64,000 nucleotides of DNA from Candidatus Woesearchaeota archaeon. Lineage in GTDB: Archaea; Nanobdellota; Nanobdellia; Pacearchaeales; GW2011-AR1. A model generated the notes under the pieces. The model was not told the origin of the DNA. It saw nothing but the letters and a program-made list of their open reading frames with translations, and did not search any database. Location: positions 1,781-65,780 of the forward strand of contig CAYIRC010000002.1 in NCBI GenBank assembly GCA_964365855.1, in the 5' to 3' direction. Positions within the stretch are counted from its first letter, which is position 1; the number at the start of each line of letters is the position of its first letter. The position numbers and the translations under genes were made by a program. Shown one piece after another: positions 29,556 to 37,804 of this stretch.

Positions 29556-30305
29556 TTATAAAGAAGAAATCCATCCGCCGTCTATTACTAATTTTGCTCC
29601 TGTTATATAAGACGCAGAATCCGAGGCTAGGAAAACTGCTGCACCTGCTATATCTTCTGGTTTTCCAGTTTTCCCTAATGGTATTTTAGACAGCATTGCT
29701 TGTCTGGTTTTCTTGTCATTTAATAAGTCATTAGTCATTGCAGTTTCTATAACCCCAGGGCAGATTGCATTAATCCTAATTCCATATCTTCCCCATTCTG
29801 CAGATAAAGAATTCGTTAAACTAATTACACCGCCTTTGCTTGCACAATAAGCCGCTGCTTGCGCATAACCCGATAAGCCTGCAATAGAAGCTATATTGAT
29901 TATGCATCCTTCTTTTCTTTTAATCATATATTTTCCAGCGGCCTGGGCAAATAAAAAATATCCTTTTAAATTTATATCAATTATTTTTCCCCAATCCTCT
30001 TCATTCAATGTTTCACTTGAAGAAGGCCGGAATATTCCCGCATTATTTACAACTATATCAATTTTATTTAACCTTTTGACTGTTTCATCCACAGCAGATT
30101 CAACATCTTTTTTATTGGATGTGTCTACTTTTACATAAAAAGATTTTCTTTTTAGCAACTTAATCTTCTCTACAGTCTCATCTCCAGGAAGAATATCTGC
30201 AATAACAACATCTGCGCCAGCCCTTGCTAATTCTACAGCTATTGACTGGCCAATTCCCCGAGAGGCCCCTGTAACTAAAGCTACCTTATTTTTTAAATCA
30301 AACAT
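29556..30305 (-). CDS. short-chain dehydrogenase/reductase (FabG/KduD-like)
   Basis: TGASRGIG, NNAG, YCASK. Confidence 0.92.
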   Translation of the reverse strand: MFDLKNKVALVTGASRGIGQSIAVELARAGADVVIADILPGDETVEKIKLLKRKSFYVKVDTSNKKDVESAVDETVKRLNKIDIVVNNAGIFRPSSSETLNEEDWGKIIDINLKGYFLFAQAAGKYMIKRKEGCIINIASIAGLSGYAQAAAYCASKGGVISLTNSLSAEWGRYGIRINAICPGVIETAMTNDLLNDKKTRQAMLSKIPLGKTGKPEDIAGAAVFLASDSASYITGAKLVIDGGWISSL

Positions 30306-30410
30306 TCTCTCCTCTTTATTTATATTGGAAGAAGGATATTTAAATTCTTCTGTAAGTTATTCCAATCTCAAATAAACAAGATTTTTAAATAGTAAAGAAT
30401 TAAACACCTT

Positions 30411-30743
30411 ATGAAAGAGGTGAAAAAGCCATGGGGCACGGAAAAGCATTTTATTATAAACAAAAAATGCACAGTAAAAATACTTCATATTAGCCCCAAT
30501 GAAATTTTAAGCCTGCAAAAACATAAAAAAAGAGAAGAAGAGTGGTATTTTTTAACAGAAGGATACATTCAAGTCGAAAATAAAAAATTTAAAGTAAAGA
30601 AAAATTCTTTTATCACTATCCCAAGAAAAAAACTTCATAGGCTTTTTGCAAAAAATAAAAATGTAGAAGTCTTAGAGATTTGCACAGGCAAATTTGATAA
30701 AAATGACGAAATAAGATTGGAAGATAAATATGGCCGGAAATAA
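30411..30743 (+). CDS. cupin, mannose-6-phosphate isomerase type II C-terminal-like
   Basis: KPWG, LSLQKHKKREEEW, HRL, RLEDKYGR. Confidence 0.82.
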   Translation: MKEVKKPWGTEKHFIINKKCTVKILHISPNEILSLQKHKKREEEWYFLTEGYIQVENKKFKVKKNSFITIPRKKLHRLFAKNKNVEVLEICTGKFDKNDEIRLEDKYGRK

Positions 30744-31563
30744 GGGAAAAAAAATAATAGCAATTGATATCGGAGGCACAAATGTAAGAGTTTCTCTTGT
30801 CAAGGATAAAAAAATTCTGAAGTATATAAAAAAACCCACGCCAAAAACAACACAAGAAATAATCAAAGAGCTTTTCTCGCTTATTGACAGCTTGATTGAT
30901 AAAGATGTAAAAGGAATTGGAATAGGGTGCCCAGGGCCTCTTAAAAATGGGGTAATACAAAGCCCGCCAAATCTTCCTTTTAGAAACTTTAATTTAAAGA
31001 AAACAATACAGGATAAATATAAAATCAAAACAATTGTTGATAATGACGCAAAATGCGTTGCTTTGGCAGAATATAATTATGGATTCAAAAAGAAAGACTT
31101 TATTGTCCTAACAATAGGGACAGGAATTGGAGGAGGCATATTTATTAATGGCAAACTTTATCGGGGAAGCAGTGGTTATGGGGGAGAACTTGGGCATATT
31201 ATTATCGACAATGGAAAAACATTTGAAGAGTTTGCAGCCTCAAAAAATTTAAAAAAACTCACTTATGAAGCATTTGGAAAAGAAATGCTGATTAAAGAAT
31301 TATTTAAAATAAAAAATAACAAAGCAAAAAAAATTCTTGATGAGTTAAGCGAGTATATAGGCCAGGGTATAGGCTCATTAATCAATATTTTTGACCCTGA
31401 AATTGTTGTTATAAGCGGCGGAATAAAAGAAAATGGGCCGGCATTTTTAAATATGATAAGGAAAAAAGCAGGAAAATATTCAATTCTGCCAAAAAAAACA
31501 AGAATTGAATGGATTAAATTAGACCATCCAGGAACTCTCGGAGCATCATTGCTTATAAAATGA
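30730..31563 (+). CDS. ROK family sugar kinase (glucokinase-like)
   Basis: IDIGGT, GCPGP, NDAKCVALAE, GTGIGGG, GELGH. Confidence 0.92.
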   Translation: MAGNKGKKIIAIDIGGTNVRVSLVKDKKILKYIKKPTPKTTQEIIKELFSLIDSLIDKDVKGIGIGCPGPLKNGVIQSPPNLPFRNFNLKKTIQDKYKIKTIVDNDAKCVALAEYNYGFKKKDFIVLTIGTGIGGGIFINGKLYRGSSGYGGELGHIIIDNGKTFEEFAASKNLKKLTYEAFGKEMLIKELFKIKNNKAKKILDELSEYIGQGIGSLINIFDPEIVVISGGIKENGPAFLNMIRKKAGKYSILPKKTRIEWIKLDHPGTLGASLLIK

Positions 31564-32414
31564 ATCAAAAAATAACAAAAAAAGTAAGGGCGCCAGTAAG
31601 AATAGATTTTGCAGGAGGAACTACAGATATAGAACCCTTTGTTTCAAGACATCATGGATGTGTTCTAAATGCAGCAATAAACAAATATGTTACAGGCATA
31701 CTTGTTGCAGACAGCAAGAAAACGCATCTTGAATATACGGGGAATATTCCAACATCTTCGGGTTTAGGAACTAGCGGGGTGATGAATCTTGTATGGCTCG
31801 CTTTGATATCCAAAGAAAAAGATAAGAAAAAACTTGCAGAAAATGTTTATAAATTGGAGCAAAGTCAAGGGCTTATAGGTGGCAAACAAGACCAGTATGC
31901 CTCTGCTTTAGGCGGTATAAATTTCCTTGAATTCAATAAAGGAGAAGTGAAGATTACAAGCTTGAATCTTAATAAAAGATTAATACAAGAACTAGAAAAT
32001 CATCTTGTTCTTGTTTATACTGGCAAGCCTCATTTTTCCGGAAATTCCAATAAAAAAATGATAGATAATATTATTTCTGGAAAGAATATCCAAAACTTGA
32101 TTAGAATAAAAAATATAGCAATAGAAATGAAAAATTCTCTTCTTTTGGGCAACCTTGATAGATTTGCTGAACTGATGAATGAAGAAACAGAGAATAGAAA
32201 AAAACTCCATTATTCTATTGTTCCAGAGAGAATAGAAAGTATAATAGAAAAAAGCAGGGAAAATGGGGCAATTGCAGCAAAGATATGCGGAAGTGGCGGT
32301 GGCGGAAGCATCTTATTTTATGGGGATAAAAAAAGATTAAAAAATTATTTTAAGGATAAAATAATTGACTTTAAATTTGATTTTAAAGGTTTAGAATGGA
32401 TTAACTCTGGCTAA
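31560..32414 (+). CDS. GHMP-family sugar kinase (HddA-like)
   Basis: APVRIDFAGGTTD, PTSSGLGTS, GKQDQY, KICGSGGGG. Confidence 0.88.
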   Translation: MNQKITKKVRAPVRIDFAGGTTDIEPFVSRHHGCVLNAAINKYVTGILVADSKKTHLEYTGNIPTSSGLGTSGVMNLVWLALISKEKDKKKLAENVYKLEQSQGLIGGKQDQYASALGGINFLEFNKGEVKITSLNLNKRLIQELENHLVLVYTGKPHFSGNSNKKMIDNIISGKNIQNLIRIKNIAIEMKNSLLLGNLDRFAELMNEETENRKKLHYSIVPERIESIIEKSRENGAIAAKICGSGGGGSILFYGDKKRLKNYFKDKIIDFKFDFKGLEWINSG

Positions 32415-34608
32415 TTTTTTTAAGTTCTTCAAGCATCAATCGCGAAGTTAAGTACACAATAGTAGATTCTGCACCCTGATTCATATTCATCTCTCTTTCT
32501 GCCAGTCCATCATAGCATCCGCCAGTAGTTTCATCATATATCATTTGTTTAAGGTGGTTTTTTCCAAGGAACCAATTAAATGCCAGCACAGATTTATCGT
32601 AATAATCTTTCTTGCCAGTTATCCTATAAGCAGCAATATATACTTGGACCATAGCTGCAGCATCAATTGGCTGCTGGTCAAAAAAAGCTCTCTCGCCATT
32701 TCTCTTGCACCATCCACTCTCACCTATAGGATATAAACAATTATTAATCAATACAATATTTGATAAAAATTCAAGAGTTGTCTCAGCAATCTCAAGGTAC
32801 TGCTTATTATCTGTTAATTCGCCTGCTAAAAATAATGCTTCAGATAAAATAGAATTGGAATAAGTTAATTTATCTTCAAACCATTTCCAGTCCTCAGAAT
32901 AATTATTCTTATACATATCGGCAAAATAATCTGCAAGCTCTTTTATCTTTTCTAATTTTTCTGTTTCTTGAGTTTTTTTGTAATGATAATATAGCCCAAA
33001 GATAATAAAAGCTTTTGCTCTAGGCGAGTTTATTGTATCAATGATTTTATATGCTTTATCAAAAATAACCTTTGCCCTTTCAACTTTCTCTTTATCTTTC
33101 TCTTCGCTCATATAATATCCAAGCGCCCAAATTGTCCTGCCAAAAGCATCTTCGCTATACGGCCTCAAAATCTCATTTTCATTTTTAAAATTATTTTTAA
33201 AATCCTGGGATTGCTCTAAAAACTTAAGATAGATTTCAGACAAGTCTTGAGACATGTTAGATTCAAAAATTTTATTATAAAGTGTTGTGACAATTAATGC
33301 CCTTGCATTATCATCTAAAGTATATCCAGAGCTTTTGTCAGGCATAGAATCTTTAGAAAATTGCAAACATCCAAAATTATCTGTAAGATTTCTCAAATGG
33401 TTCAGTTTAATCTTAGGATATTTTTCAGTCACATCTTTCCTTAATTTTACAATCTTGTTGAATATTCCAAGATATCTTGTAGCGACAACAGGCCAAGTCA
33501 TAGCTCTGCTAAAAGAATATGCATTCTTTTCAAGCCTTAATTTTAATTCAGGGTCAGATAATATTTGATTGATTGCTTTCTCTATAGAAGAAGAATTATT
33601 CATTTCTACAATAAGCCCCCTTTCATTCTTCAATATTTCTTTAGAATATTCAATAGGTGTTGAAACTACAGCCTTTCCGCATCCCAAAGCATATGATAAT
33701 GTCCCGCTAACAATTTGATTGCTGTTTATATTCGTGCATAAATAAATGTCCGAAGCCAAAAGATACTCTACTATTTCTTTTAGGCGAACATATTTATTAT
33801 AAAATTTTACATGCTCTTTCAATCCAAGCTTCTCTACTTCCTTTATAAGCTCGTTTCTATAACTCTCTCCCTCTGTCCCCCTCACTTTCGGATGAGTTTC
33901 ACCCAAAACAATATAAAGTAAATTAGGATATTTTTTTACAAGATTGGGCAAAGCATGTATAACATGCTCTATGCCCTTGCCTCTGCTCAATAATCCAAAA
34001 GTTAGCAAAACAGTTTTGTTTTGTAATTTTAATTTCTTTTTATAATAATTGCTCTTTTTTAATGATACATTTGGGATTCCATGATATATAAGATAAATTT
34101 TATTTTTTTTCACCCCGTAATCCTTATTCAAAATCTCAATTGCTCTCTTAGCCATAACAACTACAGCAGAGCACTTATCGCATATATAACTTACAATTCT
34201 TTTTCTTTTTTCATCAGGATTTGGCAGAACACTATGAAAAGTAACAACAGACGGCTTTTCTAATTTATCCAAAAAAGGGATTAAATAATTTCCAAATTCA
34301 CCGCCAAAAATTCCAAATTCATGCTGGATGCAAACAAGCTTGATATCTTTAGATTTATTTATCTCTTCGGCTTTATTGATAAAATCTTCAATATTCTCTC
34401 GATTTATCTCCATAGTAACCTTCTTACTGTAATTCTGTATTCCAGTTTCATCATTTAATGCAATTACCATTGATTTTAATTTTGGATTAAATCTCTTGTC
34501 CATTGCAGTCACAAGATCTTTTGTAAATGTAGCTATTCCGCACTCATAAGGGGGGAAATTGCTCAGAAAAAATATCTTTGAATTTTGAATATCAATCTCT
34601 TTATCCAT
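32401..34608 (-). CDS. GT4 glycosyltransferase fused to a C-terminal (alpha/alpha)-barrel domain
   Basis: PPYECGIATFT, IQHEFGIFGG, FGLLSRGKGIE, SGTLSYALG; then GYTLDDNARAL, FDQQP, GGCYDGL, NQGAES. Confidence 0.88.
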   Translation of the reverse strand: MDKEIDIQNSKIFFLSNFPPYECGIATFTKDLVTAMDKRFNPKLKSMVIALNDETGIQNYSKKVTMEINRENIEDFINKAEEINKSKDIKLVCIQHEFGIFGGEFGNYLIPFLDKLEKPSVVTFHSVLPNPDEKRKRIVSYICDKCSAVVVMAKRAIEILNKDYGVKKNKIYLIYHGIPNVSLKKSNYYKKKLKLQNKTVLLTFGLLSRGKGIEHVIHALPNLVKKYPNLLYIVLGETHPKVRGTEGESYRNELIKEVEKLGLKEHVKFYNKYVRLKEIVEYLLASDIYLCTNINSNQIVSGTLSYALGCGKAVVSTPIEYSKEILKNERGLIVEMNNSSSIEKAINQILSDPELKLRLEKNAYSFSRAMTWPVVATRYLGIFNKIVKLRKDVTEKYPKIKLNHLRNLTDNFGCLQFSKDSMPDKSSGYTLDDNARALIVTTLYNKIFESNMSQDLSEIYLKFLEQSQDFKNNFKNENEILRPYSEDAFGRTIWALGYYMSEEKDKEKVERAKVIFDKAYKIIDTINSPRAKAFIIFGLYYHYKKTQETEKLEKIKELADYFADMYKNNYSEDWKWFEDKLTYSNSILSEALFLAGELTDNKQYLEIAETTLEFLSNIVLINNCLYPIGESGWCKRNGERAFFDQQPIDAAAMVQVYIAAYRITGKKDYYDKSVLAFNWFLGKNHLKQMIYDETTGGCYDGLAEREMNMNQGAESTIVYLTSRLMLEELKKISQS

Positions 34609-34612
34609 TTTT

Positions 34613-34742
34613 TATCGAGGACATTAATATTTTCCCATACATTGTCCTTAACTACAGCAAGATTTGCTCACAAATTGCAAATCTTGTGTGCTCAAGAACT
34701 TTCAGTTCTTGACATTTATGGAAAGACTAATGTCTTTCACTA
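34613..34742. mobile_element. MITE copy A (130 bp, degenerate left end) 4 nt upstream of the GT4 start codon
   Basis: Left end TA-TCGAGGACATTA, right end TAATGTCTTTCACTA followed by TA; 34633-34744 is identical to 34933-35044. Confidence 0.75.
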
Positions 34743-34786
34743 TAAATTATCAAATAAGTTTATAAAACATTCTATTTTCAGGAGCG

Positions 34787-35122
34787 ATGAAGATGACAGA
34801 TTTAGCAATCCTGCGATATTTGTATGATTTCTTAGGGATTATAGTCAAGGACATCACAAGGTCCTTAAGTTTGTTCGTGGACTTTGGGAGACAGAAAACA
34901 AAACAAGAGTCATATGTTTTCTGTATTAATAATCCCATACATTGTCCTTAACTACAGCAAGATTTGCTCACAAATTGCAAATCTTGTGTGCTCAAGAACT
35001 TTCAGTTCTTGACATTTATGGAAAGACTAATGTCTTTCACTATAGATATAAATGAAGACTGCAGAGGGGATATTTTGAATTTGCTGAGAGTAAGAAATTG
35101 CCTTGAAAAGAGATGCAAATAG
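34787..35122 (+). pseudogene. small dockerin-like ORF interrupted by MITE copy B
   Basis: GGAG + ATG 34787 MKMTDLAILRYLYDFLGI, then MITE, then DINEDCRGDILNLLRVRNCLEKRCK* resembling the dockerin repeats of 17266-18420. Confidence 0.45.
34842..35042. mobile_element. MITE copy B (201 bp) flanked by TA
   Basis: TA|TAGTCAAGGACAT...ATGTCTTTCACTA|TA imperfect terminal inverted repeats; internal hairpin modules. Confidence 0.82.
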
Positions 35123-35128
35123 TGCAAG

Positions 35129-35202
35129 TGGTCCCGACGGGATTTGAACCCGCGACACCTAGGTTAAAAGCCTAGTGCTCTACCAAGCTGAGCTACGAGA
35201 CC
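35129..35202 (-). tRNA. tRNA-Lys (anticodon UUU)
   Basis: GGTCTCG acceptor stem, D-arm AGCTCAGCTTGGTAGAGC, CTAGG-CTTTTAA-CCTAG anticodon arm, GGTTCAAATCCC T-arm; no encoded CCA; TTTAAATA box upstream. Confidence 0.96.
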
Positions 35203-35239
35203 ATAATATTTTCAGAAAAAGTAGTTATTTAAATCTTTT

Positions 35240-35619
35240 TTAAAGGGTTTTTTCCAGGATTAACTTTTTGGTAAATGCTCCTTTTTTATGTACTTTCTTA
35301 TCTTTTTTAATATCTAAGGATTCTTTAGTAATTCCTTTAAATTTACAGATATAGTCAAGGACATTAATATTTCTGCAGTTTGTCGTTGACTAGATAGGGA
35401 AAGACTTATGTCTTTCACTATAGCATCAACGACTTCTAGTACATCAATTAACTCATCAGGATTATTATCTTTTATAAATTCATTAACTTCTTCAAAAAGT
35501 TTTTCTTTTAGTTTTTCATAGTATTCATTATCATCAGCAATATGTACAACAAATTTATCTCCTGATTTCTCAATAATTTCAGGAATTCTGTCTCTTACCA
35601 GTTTATTATAGTCTGTCTT
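35240..35619 (-). pseudogene. MazG-like NTP pyrophosphohydrolase (COG4997-type), disrupted by MITE copy C; no start codon found
   Basis: YNKLVRDRIPEII...KLFEEVNEF...DELIDVLEVVDA, then MITE, then ICKFKGITKESLD...KKGAFTKKLILEKTL*; frame restored by removing 71 bp. Confidence 0.85.
35352..35420. mobile_element. MITE copy C (69 bp) with TA target-site duplication
   Basis: TA(35350-35351)|TAGTCAAGGACAT...ATGTCTTTCACTA|TA(35421-35422); removal restores GAT GCT ATC TGT codons of the host gene. Confidence 0.88.
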
Positions 35620-35938
35620 TAAAAATTGATTCTAGTGTATCAATCAGTTCACTTTTTTGCATTAGTCCTATTACCCTGTTTACTTCTTTTTTGTTTTTTA
35701 GAAATATAACTGCAGGTATCCCCATTATCTCAAATTTTTGTGCTAAATCACTTTCTTCATCAACATTAATCTTCCCGAATTTTACTTTGCCTTTAAACTC
35801 TTTTGCAGCCTCTTCGAAAATAGATGACATCATCTTGCAGGGCATGCACCACTCAGCCCAGAAATCAATAACCCAATTGCCCTTTAAAGTAAGCTCATTA
35901 AAATTATCAGATGTTAATTGTATAGCATGCTCGCTCAT
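35606..35938 (-). CDS. trxA: thioredoxin
   Basis: DFWAEWCMPCK, KINVDE, IMGIP. Confidence 0.92.
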   Translation of the reverse strand: MSEHAIQLTSDNFNELTLKGNWVIDFWAEWCMPCKMMSSIFEEAAKEFKGKVKFGKINVDEESDLAQKFEIMGIPAVIFLKNKKEVNRVIGLMQKSELIDTLESIFKDRL

Positions 35939-35974
35939 ATTTCATTATGGCCAAGAGCATTAATAAATATTATT

Positions 35975-36068
35975 ATGTCAAGATGCTTGACGAAAACCAC
36001 ATCTTGAAAGATGTGGTTGCATCTTGATCATCCAAAAGTCCAAAACAAAAACTCAAGAACTTTTTGAT
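35975..36068 (+). repeat. modular hairpin repeat (family 2)
   Basis: ATGTCAAGATGC...AACCACATCT/AGATGTGGTT...GCATCTTGA, then CATCCAAAAGTCC...TTTTTGAT; near-identical reverse complement of 57402-57493. Confidence 0.85.
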
Positions 36069-36127
36069 ATATTGATATCAAAGTGCATTTCCACAAGGTA
36101 TTTATTCTTGCTTTTATATACATAATA

Positions 36128-36730
36128 ATGAACAAAGCCGAACTGCTTGAATATCTTAAATCACGCGGGTTTTCAGAAAAAATAATAAACGCATTTGATA
36201 AAGTAAAACGAGAAGATTTTATCCTAAAAAATATGAAAGAGTATGCATACGAAAATATGCCTTTATTAATTGGCCATGACCAGACAATTTCACAACCCCA
36301 TACAATTGCATTCATGCTTAATCTTCTTAATCCAAAAGAAGGCCAGAAAATTCTTGAAATTGGCTCTGGTTCAGGTTATGTTCTTGCATTAATGTCAGAA
36401 ATTACAAATCATAGTGAAATATACGGAATTGAAATAATCAAAGAGCTTGTAGATAAATCAAAAAAAGCTTTATCAAAATATGAAAATATAACAGTAATTA
36501 ATGCAAATGGATTTAATGGCCTTCCAGATAAAGCCCCTTTCGACAGGATTTTAATCAGTGCATCTGCTTCAGAAATCCCAGAGCATCTTTATTATCAATT
36601 GAATGACCTGGGAATTATTGTTGCATCAGTTAAAGACTCAATTTTTCAGATAAAAAAAGAAAAAGGAAAGATAACAAAAAAAGAATTTCCAGGATTTGCC
36701 TTCGTTCCTTTAATTGAAGATAAAATTTAA
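36128..36730 (+). CDS. pcm: protein-L-isoaspartate O-methyltransferase
   Basis: GHDQTISQPH, LEIGSGSGY, APFDRILISA, FAFVPL; start moved to ATG 36128. Confidence 0.92.
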   Translation: MNKAELLEYLKSRGFSEKIINAFDKVKREDFILKNMKEYAYENMPLLIGHDQTISQPHTIAFMLNLLNPKEGQKILEIGSGSGYVLALMSEITNHSEIYGIEIIKELVDKSKKALSKYENITVINANGFNGLPDKAPFDRILISASASEIPEHLYYQLNDLGIIVASVKDSIFQIKKEKGKITKKEFPGFAFVPLIEDKI

Positions 36731-36731
36731 T

Positions 36732-37283
36732 TTATATATTAAGAATAATCACTAATCCGATAAAATGCAGTATAAAGCTACTTACAGCTAAAACGGATTG
36801 ATTAATTTTAGGAAGCCCTGCCAGCATCATAAGTCCAGCTTCATCAGGCAAAGGAGTTAATATTAAAAATTCTGCAAAAATAAACATTAAATACAATTTT
36901 ATCTTATGCCCCAGGCTTCTATCAAGAAGTGTGCTGATTTCTCTAATTGTTTTTGTATTTTCCAGTCTGGTAAATTCATCTTTAAATAAAAATCTCAAAA
37001 AATTAAAAATTAATAAATCTGAAAGCAGGGCAGCAAAACTCCCAATCAGCAAAGCAGGCCAAAAATTTACAGGGTCTAGCTTGATAAAAAATCCAACAGC
37101 AAGCGGAGTTAAAAACCCAAAACCCAAAAATAATCCTCCAATGAAAATTCCAAGATAATGCAAACTTCCAAGATTAGATATAATATTAGAAATACTGGGA
37201 TTCTTAAAAATAAAATACGATGCAATAATCATAACTCCAAAGAATGCAATCTTCGGATACCTAAATTTGAATAGCCTTTTCAT
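36732..37283 (-). CDS. integral membrane protein
   Basis: Several hydrophobic helices; TPLPDEAG motif. Confidence 0.75.
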   Translation of the reverse strand: MKRLFKFRYPKIAFFGVMIIASYFIFKNPSISNIISNLGSLHYLGIFIGGLFLGFGFLTPLAVGFFIKLDPVNFWPALLIGSFAALLSDLLIFNFLRFLFKDEFTRLENTKTIREISTLLDRSLGHKIKLYLMFIFAEFLILTPLPDEAGLMMLAGLPKINQSVLAVSSFILHFIGLVIILNI

Positions 37284-37344
37284 GTCTTTTTAAATAAAAA
37301 GATATATAAAAATCTATATCTAAGGGTTTCTAGTGTATTAATAA

Positions 37345-37740
37345 TTATTCTCCATGGAATAATTCTCCCGCATCTTCTATTCTTTTTCCAATACCATCAA
37401 AATGCATATTTTCGGATCTTTCAAAAAGAAAGACGCTTCTGAGTTTATGAATATGTTTAAATCCGGCCAAATATGCAGCCGCGTCTTGAACCCTAACTAC
37501 TGTATTTTGCGGAATTTGAGCTGTTCGGTCATAGCCGGATGATGTTTTTGATATTCCTGAAAGCTCAACTATTTGCTTTTCGTCTTCTACAACAACACAA
37601 ACACCATTTAAAGCATACAAATCATATTGATGAACGCCTCCTGCAAAATTATCTTTTTCAGTTTTAATCTCAGGGGGAAACTGTCCCTGTTGGATTTTTC
37701 CCCATCCAAATTCATCAATAACTTCTTTTAATTTTTTCAT
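37345..37740 (-). CDS. hypothetical protein
   Basis: 131-aa ORF with ATG and upstream TATA-like element. Confidence 0.6.
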   Translation of the reverse strand: MKKLKEVIDEFGWGKIQQGQFPPEIKTEKDNFAGGVHQYDLYALNGVCVVVEDEKQIVELSGISKTSSGYDRTAQIPQNTVVRVQDAAAYLAGFKHIHKLRSVFLFERSENMHFDGIGKRIEDAGELFHGE

Positions 37741-37804
37741 TAAGCTCTGAATTAAAAATATCTTTATAATTTTATCTGTAACTTGATATAGATATTGCTA
37801 TGGC

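Noticed and set aside
34633..35044. 112-bp exact direct repeat read as a CRISPR array or prophage att sites near the tRNA
   Set aside because: Only two long units, no spacer periodicity, no cas or integrase gene, and no duplication of the tRNA 3' end; explained by two MITE copies.
34842..35420. MITEs as bulge-helix-bulge introns spliced from mRNA (lengths 201 and 69 are multiples of 3)
   Set aside because: No convincing BHB motif at the junctions; restoring the MazG-like frame needs a 71-nt removal, and that gene also lacks a start codon.
35352..35433. 8-nt complementarity between MITE-internal GTCGTTGA and flanking TCAACGAC, suggesting RNA-guided targeting
   Set aside because: It differs from the element's own internal TIR complement by one base and is not seen for the other copies; chance or quasi-palindrome correction is enough.
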